Virus record (IMG/VR): IMGVR_UViG_3300025769_000114
Span: 1-59,971 of that record
Source of the DNA: a virus
Taxonomy: Duplodnaviria > Caudoviricetes
Length of the DNA stretch: 59,971 nt
Strand: one strand, 5' to 3'
The position numbers and the translations under genes were made by a program. The notes under the pieces were generated by a model that was not told the origin of the DNA, did not search any database, and saw nothing but the letters and a program-made list of their open reading frames with translations. Shown in pieces: positions 54,545 through 59,971 of this stretch (its first letter is position 1; each line of letters opens with the position of its first letter).

Positions 54545-54975
54545 TGAGCATCACGACAGCTATGTGTACTAGCTTCAAGAAAGAGCTAATGGAAGCAAAG
54601 CACAACTTTTTGAACTCTGGAGGCAACACCTTCAATCTTGCGCTGTACACAAGCAGTGCAACCTTGAATGCCAGCACAACGGCGTATTCAACCTCAAACG
54701 AGGTGAGCGGCACCAACTACACAGCGAAAGGCGCGTCTTTGACTCGCGTAGACCCAACCACATCAGGCACTACGGCTTTCACAGACTTTGCAGACCTGAC
54801 ATTCAGCAATGCAACGATCACTGCGAATGGGGCGCTCATATTCAATGATTCAGCCTCTGGTGATCCGGCGGTTTGCACGTTAGCTTTCGGTGGTGACAAG
54901 ACCAGTACAGCAGGGGATTTTACGATTCAGTTCCCTACGGCAGACGCTTCAAACGCGATAATAAGGATTGCATAA
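54544..54975 (+). CDS. Tail structural protein
   Basis: CTSFK.EL, F.LALYTS.A, FGGDKTST.G.FTIQFP.A..SNAIIRI. Confidence 0.75.
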   Translation: MSITTAMCTSFKKELMEAKHNFLNSGGNTFNLALYTSSATLNASTTAYSTSNEVSGTNYTAKGASLTRVDPTTSGTTAFTDFADLTFSNATITANGALIFNDSASGDPAVCTLAFGGDKTSTAGDFTIQFPTADASNAIIRIA

Positions 54976-55218
54976 ATGCCAGCCGCTAAAAAACCAGTAA
55001 GGAAGGTCGCTAAGAAACCCGTGGCAATGAAGTCGGGTAAAAAGACTAAATCACGGGTTAATGAAGCTGGCAACTACACCAAGCCGACCATGCGTAAGCG
55101 TTTGTTTAACAAGATAAAAGCTGGCAGCAAGGGTGGAAAGCCGGGGCAATGGTCAGCGCGTAAAGCGCAAATGCTTGCGTCTGAATACAAAAAAGCTGGC
55201 GGCGGATATAAAGACTAA
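54976..55218 (+). CDS. Small basic protein
   Basis: NYTKP.MRK....GGKPGQWSARKAQML..EYK..GGGY. Confidence 0.75.
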   Translation: MPAAKKPVRKVAKKPVAMKSGKKTKSRVNEAGNYTKPTMRKRLFNKIKAGSKGGKPGQWSARKAQMLASEYKKAGGGYKD

Positions 55219-55472
55219 TGCCGCTCAAGAAGTCCCAGAAAAGCCTTAAAAAGTGGACTAAGCAAGAATGGGGTACCAAGTCGGGTAAGCCTTCAACCCA
55301 AGGCAAAAAGGCTACAGGGGAAAGGTATCTTCCCAAAAAAGCCCGTCAGGCTTTGTCAGACAAGGAATACGCTGCTACTACAAGGAAGAAGAGGGCCGAT
55401 ACAAAGAAAGGCAAGCAGCACTCCAAGCAGCCCAAAAAGATAGCCAAGAAGACAGCAAGGCACAGGAAATAG
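55218..55472 (+). CDS. Small basic protein
   Basis: SQ.SL..WTKQ.W.TKSGK...GERYLP. Confidence 0.75.
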   Translation: MPLKKSQKSLKKWTKQEWGTKSGKPSTQGKKATGERYLPKKARQALSDKEYAATTRKKRADTKKGKQHSKQPKKIAKKTARHRK

Positions 55473-55475
55473 CGT

Positions 55476-56171
55476 GTGGCAATTGTTAATGGCTGGGGCA
55501 GAGGGACTTGGGGCGAAGGCGCGTGGAACGAGCCTGATGTTGTCGAGCCTACGGGTGTCGCTGGCACAGGGGCTGTCACGACAGTTACCGTTGACGCAGA
55601 AGCAAACACCTCTGTCACAGGCGTTTCTGGAACGTCAGCAGTCGGCACAGTCACTACGTCAGCAGCCGCTGATGTATCGGTTACAGGCGTTTCTTCAACA
55701 GGGTCTGTTGGCTCGGTTACGGTCACGGGTGAGTCAAACGTCACATCGCCTAGCGTCTCTGGCACAGGGGCTGTCACAACGGTCACTGTTGATGCAGAGG
55801 CCAACGCATCGGTTACCGGAGTTTCTGCAACAGGTTCAACAGGCACGGTTACAGCCACTGGTACAGCGGTTATCAGCCCCACGGGTGTTGCTGGCACAAC
55901 TGCTATCGGCACCATATCGGTATCTTGTGACAACAACCTTAGCGTCACAGGGGTTTTTGCAACTGCGAGCGTCGGTGATGTATCGGTCACGGGCGGTTCA
56001 ATCATTGTGCCTACTGGCGTTAGCGGCACTGGCGCAACTAATACGTCAAATGTATGGGGTCTTGTTGACAACAGCCAAACGCCTAGCTGGTCAACCATAT
56101 CAACAAGCCAAACACCTAGTTGGTCAGAAATATCAACAAGTCAAACACCAAATTGGGAAGAGGTAGCTTAA
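55476..56171 (+). CDS. Thr/Gly/Val repeat tail protein
   Basis: GWGRGTWG..AW start; about 21-22-aa VTGVS..G.VGTVTV repeats; SQTP.W repeats. Confidence 0.8.
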   Translation: MAIVNGWGRGTWGEGAWNEPDVVEPTGVAGTGAVTTVTVDAEANTSVTGVSGTSAVGTVTTSAAADVSVTGVSSTGSVGSVTVTGESNVTSPSVSGTGAVTTVTVDAEANASVTGVSATGSTGTVTATGTAVISPTGVAGTTAIGTISVSCDNNLSVTGVFATASVGDVSVTGGSIIVPTGVSGTGATNTSNVWGLVDNSQTPSWSTISTSQTPSWSEISTSQTPNWEEVA

Positions 56172-59100
56172 ATGGCAACTTATGTAAACGATTTACGGCT
56201 CAAAGAGATTGCCACCGGAGACGAGGCAGGCACATGGGGCACGAGCACAAATACTAACCTCGAATTAATTGCTGAGGCATTTTCATTTGGCACAGAAGCA
56301 ATCACGACTAATGCGGATACTCATACCACTACTATTGCTGATGGTTCTACTGATCCCGGTAGGAGTCTTTTCCTTAAATACACTGGCACACTCGATTCTG
56401 CTTGCACCATAACTATTGGCCCGAATACCGTCTCGAAGCTGTGGCTTATTGAGAATGCCACTTCCGGGTCACAGAACATCATCATTAAGCAAGGCTCTGG
56501 CGCGACGGTCACAGTCCCGAATGGCCAAACCAAAGCCATCTACTCTGACGGTGCCGGCTCTGGCGGCGCGATGGTTGATGCGTTTACTGGTCTATCTGTT
56601 CCCTCCTTGTTTGTTTCAGGCGACCTAGACGTTGATGGCACCACTAACCTAGATGTCGTGGACATTGATGGTGCTGTGGATATGGCTTCTACGCTGCAAG
56701 TTACAGGAAATTTAACTTTAGGGGCTGATGTTATCGCCTCTGATTTTGACGTTGATGCAAGTGGTGACATCAATCTTGATGCTGGTGGCGGCGATTGGCG
56801 ATTAAAAGATGACGGGACAACAATTGCTACAATTTCTAATGTGTCAGGTGATTTGCAGTTTCTTCTTGGTCAAGATCAGGACTACAAATTTCAAATTGAT
56901 GATAGCGGAACAGGTCAAGCCACAGCACTACTTTTAGACGGATCAGAGTCGGGAGCGGCTACGTTCAATTCTAGTGTGACTATTCCTACAATTGCTTATG
57001 TAGGAACATCTATTGTCCACCAAGGCGATGCCAATACGTCTCTAGATTTTGGAACTGATACGCAAACATTTTATGCAGGTGGTACGCGAACGCTTGATTT
57101 AGCCTCTGGAAGTGTAGTGATAAACGAAGGGGGTGCAGACGCTGACTTCCGCGTTGAGGCTGTCGGCAACGCTAATATGTTGGTTGTAGATGCTGGTAGT
57201 GCTCATGTAAACATTGGAACTGCTACAGATTACGATGCTGTGCTTAATGTCTTATCAACAGACAACGGTAAAACTTTGTCATTGGTTAGCACTGATACAG
57301 ATGCAAATGCTGGCCCTGTTCTCGCTCTCACAAGACAGTCCTCAAGTTCTGCTGCTGATGGCGACGTATTAGGACGGGTAGACTTTGAGGGTTTGAATGA
57401 CGCAAATCAACAAGTCGCTTATGGACGGATGCAAACCTTTATACGAGATGCGTCTGATGGCACTGAAGATGGCACTGTACAAATCAACCATATTATTGCC
57501 GGTACGGAGCGGGTTGCTCTTGAGCTTGATAACGATGAGTACGTTTTCAACAATGCAGGTATAGACATAGATTTCCGCGTTGAGTCAACTGGCAACGCTA
57601 ATATGTTATATGTCGATGCGGGTTCAAATTTCGTTGGGATAAATACTTCGTCCCCGAATGCACCTCTCCATGTGCAAATGTCGCATACATCAACAACTGT
57701 GGCTGATGCAAGCAGCAATATGACGTTGAACCTGGCTAATAGTGGGGTAGGAAACGGTGTTTATAACGCCATCAAGTTCAGTGGCAACCAGCAAGACATG
57801 TACCTCATGTCGTTCAACAATAGTACTCAAGCCGACAGAAGGTTAGGTTTTTTTGTAGGTTCTACTGCCGGAGATGCGGCCACGGACGAAAGGCTATCTA
57901 TAAACGGGAATGGAAGCGTTGGAATAGGTACAACTGACGGTGATGTTACAAACGATGGTACTGCCGCAAGAACGTATGTCGGGATTATTGGTACAGCTAA
58001 TAGAGGCAGATTAAACATTGGAACTACCGCTTCTAATGGTGCAGACGCAGGAACTTTAGCGTTTACAAACGGCACAAACTCGCTAGTTGAATTAGTGGTT
58101 GATACACACTCTGGCGTACAAAATGCTGGGGATTTCACCCTAGACGTAACTGGCGACATTACTTTTGATGCAGATGGAGGTGATTTCAACTTCAAGGATG
58201 GCGGTACTACTCTGTTGAGTTTGAGTAACGCTGGCAGCAACAACGTACAGTTTTTAACAGGGATTAGTGATGGCGACCTTCTATTTAAGGGTGTAGATGG
58301 TGGTTCAGTAGTCACAGCCCTTACCCTTGATATGTCAGATGGTGGTACAGCTATATTTGGTAGCTGGCAAAAAATGGCTGACAACAACAGAATCGTTTTT
58401 GGTGCTGGTTCTGACTTGTCTATTTACTCAGATGGTACAGATGGCAAAGTTTTAGTTTCTGGGAATTTAGATTTTGATGTTTCTGGAAATATAAAACTTG
58501 ATGCTGATGATGCTGGTGAAATTAGGTTTTTGGATGGAGGCACACAATACGCAACAATTAAAAAAGACGGTAACAGTGCACTATTCCAATCTATCGTAGC
58601 TGATGGCGATTTTTTAATACAAGGCATTGATGGATCATCTTTTGTCACAGCCGCATCATTTGATATGTCAGAAGGGGGAGCGGCTACTTTTCGTGGAAAT
58701 ATGACCATGAATGGTATTGCTGGCACATCTCCGATCTTAAAGTTAGTCAACAACGACACAGAAGACGTTAACACTGGGCGAGAAAGCTCTGTGCGCTTTA
58801 GTGGATTTAGGTCGGGTGGCGAAGCTGTAGACAACGCTCAAATTTCTGGCAACCACACTAGCAGCGCAGATGATGACAAAGGTGGGTTGTTCTTTTATAC
58901 CAACAGTGGCTCTGGGTTGGGCGAAAGAATGAGGATTACTGACAGTGAAATAATTATTAATGAAGACCACAACGATCAAAATTTCCGTGTTGAGTCAGAT
59001 GGCAACTCTACTATGCTGTTTGTTGACGGAGGAGATAACAGAGTAGGGATTGGAACAAGCACATTTACCGCTGTTTCAAGTACCTGTAACGCGATGCACG

Positions 59101-59609
59101 TTGCTGGTGGGTCATCAGATGCAGTGACGCCAGTAATGATGATTTCTGATGCAGATGGGTCAGTAGAAGGAAACTCTACGATATTGGAGTGTCTGTTTTC
59201 TGGCGACAACACCTTCAGTTCAGCGATGTATGTCAAGTTTACTGACTCTGGAGGCACTCAGGGTTCTATTTCTGGTACAGGTGATGGAACGGTTACTTAC
59301 AACACATCCTCAGATGAACGTCTCAAGCAGAGCATCCAAGACACTGATTCTAAGTGGGATCTAGTCAAGTCTTTGCAGGTCAGAGATTACGAGTGGAAAA
59401 AGTCTGGCAAACAAGAAACAGGCTTTATCGCACAAGAATTACATGACAAATGGGCGCAGCCAGTCAAGGTTGGTGGAGAAGATGTAGAAGTAGATCCTTG
59501 GTCTGTTGATTATGGGAAGCTCACGCCTATCCTTACAAAAGCCTTGCAAGAAGCGATGGAAAAAATAGAACATCTGGAATCTGAAATAGCAAAACTCAAA
59601 GGAGAATAG
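56172..59609 (+). CDS. Tail fibre protein, allele B, with S74-like chaperone
   Basis: ATG.E.GTWG..TNTNL anchor; DFRVE modules; SDERLK...GFIAQEL...VDYGKLTP.L.KALQE. Confidence 0.92.
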   Translation: MATYVNDLRLKEIATGDEAGTWGTSTNTNLELIAEAFSFGTEAITTNADTHTTTIADGSTDPGRSLFLKYTGTLDSACTITIGPNTVSKLWLIENATSGSQNIIIKQGSGATVTVPNGQTKAIYSDGAGSGGAMVDAFTGLSVPSLFVSGDLDVDGTTNLDVVDIDGAVDMASTLQVTGNLTLGADVIASDFDVDASGDINLDAGGGDWRLKDDGTTIATISNVSGDLQFLLGQDQDYKFQIDDSGTGQATALLLDGSESGAATFNSSVTIPTIAYVGTSIVHQGDANTSLDFGTDTQTFYAGGTRTLDLASGSVVINEGGADADFRVEAVGNANMLVVDAGSAHVNIGTATDYDAVLNVLSTDNGKTLSLVSTDTDANAGPVLALTRQSSSSAADGDVLGRVDFEGLNDANQQVAYGRMQTFIRDASDGTEDGTVQINHIIAGTERVALELDNDEYVFNNAGIDIDFRVESTGNANMLYVDAGSNFVGINTSSPNAPLHVQMSHTSTTVADASSNMTLNLANSGVGNGVYNAIKFSGNQQDMYLMSFNNSTQADRRLGFFVGSTAGDAATDERLSINGNGSVGIGTTDGDVTNDGTAARTYVGIIGTANRGRLNIGTTASNGADAGTLAFTNGTNSLVELVVDTHSGVQNAGDFTLDVTGDITFDADGGDFNFKDGGTTLLSLSNAGSNNVQFLTGISDGDLLFKGVDGGSVVTALTLDMSDGGTAIFGSWQKMADNNRIVFGAGSDLSIYSDGTDGKVLVSGNLDFDVSGNIKLDADDAGEIRFLDGGTQYATIKKDGNSALFQSIVADGDFLIQGIDGSSFVTAASFDMSEGGAATFRGNMTMNGIAGTSPILKLVNNDTEDVNTGRESSVRFSGFRSGGEAVDNAQISGNHTSSADDDKGGLFFYTNSGSGLGERMRITDSEIIINEDHNDQNFRVESDGNSTMLFVDGGDNRVGIGTSTFTAVSSTCNAMHVAGGSSDAVTPVMMISDADGSVEGNSTILECLFSGDNTFSSAMYVKFTDSGGTQGSISGTGDGTVTYNTSSDERLKQSIQDTDSKWDLVKSLQVRDYEWKKSGKQETGFIAQELHDKWAQPVKVGGEDVEVDPWSVDYGKLTPILTKALQEAMEKIEHLESEIAKLKGE

Positions 59610-59610
59610 C

Positions 59611-59955
59611 ATGGCTATTAACACAACTTGGTCGGTCAGTAACATGACCCATGTAGACGCTGATGGTGGCGTCATTCTGGCTTACTGGAGCCTAGTCGCT
59701 GTGAGCGATGGCGAAGGTGGCGAAACTGCAACAGAAGGCGGTAAGGCTCGCTTCACCTACGATGCGTCGAGCAGCGATTACATTGCTTATGACGATCTTA
59801 CTGAAGCTGATGTGCTTGGCTGGATCTGGGAAGCCAACAAAGAAGGCGACGAAACTGCTGCTGAGTACAAGGCTCGCATTGAAGCGGAGCGTACTGCAAA
59901 GGTTCAAGCGCAGATTGATCGTAAAGCAACTCAAGCAACTGGAGTACCGTGGTAA
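59611..59955 (+). CDS. Tail-fibre-associated small protein (allele of 2899..3243)
   Basis: Same length, few substitutions. Confidence 0.8.
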   Translation: MAINTTWSVSNMTHVDADGGVILAYWSLVAVSDGEGGETATEGGKARFTYDASSSDYIAYDDLTEADVLGWIWEANKEGDETAAEYKARIEAERTAKVQAQIDRKATQATGVPW

Positions 59956-59971
59956 TGAGTGAAGAACAAAA
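59896..59971 (+). repeat. Exact direct repeat of 3184..3259
   Basis: The last 76 nt are identical to the sequence following allele A. Confidence 0.85.

Noticed and set aside
55346-56166. Long overlapping ORFs 55346..56098 (-) and 55474..56166 (+)
   Set aside because: Shadow frames of the repetitive Thr/Gly/Val gene at 55476.
1-59971. tRNA genes, integrase/att site, stop-codon reassignment, introns/inteins
   Set aside because: None recognised by eye; core genes are uninterrupted and of normal length, and all three stop codons are used. tRNAscan-SE and HMM searches would be needed to exclude them firmly.

Overview
The window is essentially a whole dsDNA tailed-phage genome with a podovirus-like, marine-type gene set. 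It is circularly permuted: unit length is about 56.3-56.7 kb and the two ends overlap, each carrying a different allele of the tail-fibre gene. Plus-strand late operon (about 41.3 kb to the end, continuing 1-26.2 kb): terminase, portal, GroES, scaffold, capsid, adaptors, tail fibre, lysis genes, tail nozzle, ejection proteins and a 3011-aa polyvalent protein. Minus-strand early/recombination genes: 26.2-31.1 kb (Sak, SSB, nucleases) and 34.4-40.5 kb (MoxR-type AAA, unknown, metallopeptidase-vWA). A short plus-strand block encodes RusA and a T7-gp4-like primase-helicase. I saw no DNA polymerase, integrase, tRNA or CRISPR array. The strongest unannotated signal is RNA-level control of the early operon: two complete type I hammerhead ribozymes at gene junctions (one spans a stop codon, an SD and a possible start codon), preceded by a roughly 390-nt structured leader and an Arg-rich N-like peptide. 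Also notable: P-x-F-S-R-delimited cassettes in the giant protein, a candidate -1 frameshift in the lysis region, two arrays of a 14-bp palindrome, a parS-like site, and a basic peptide that copies the capsid N-terminus. All family assignments come from motif recognition by eye; no searches were run.
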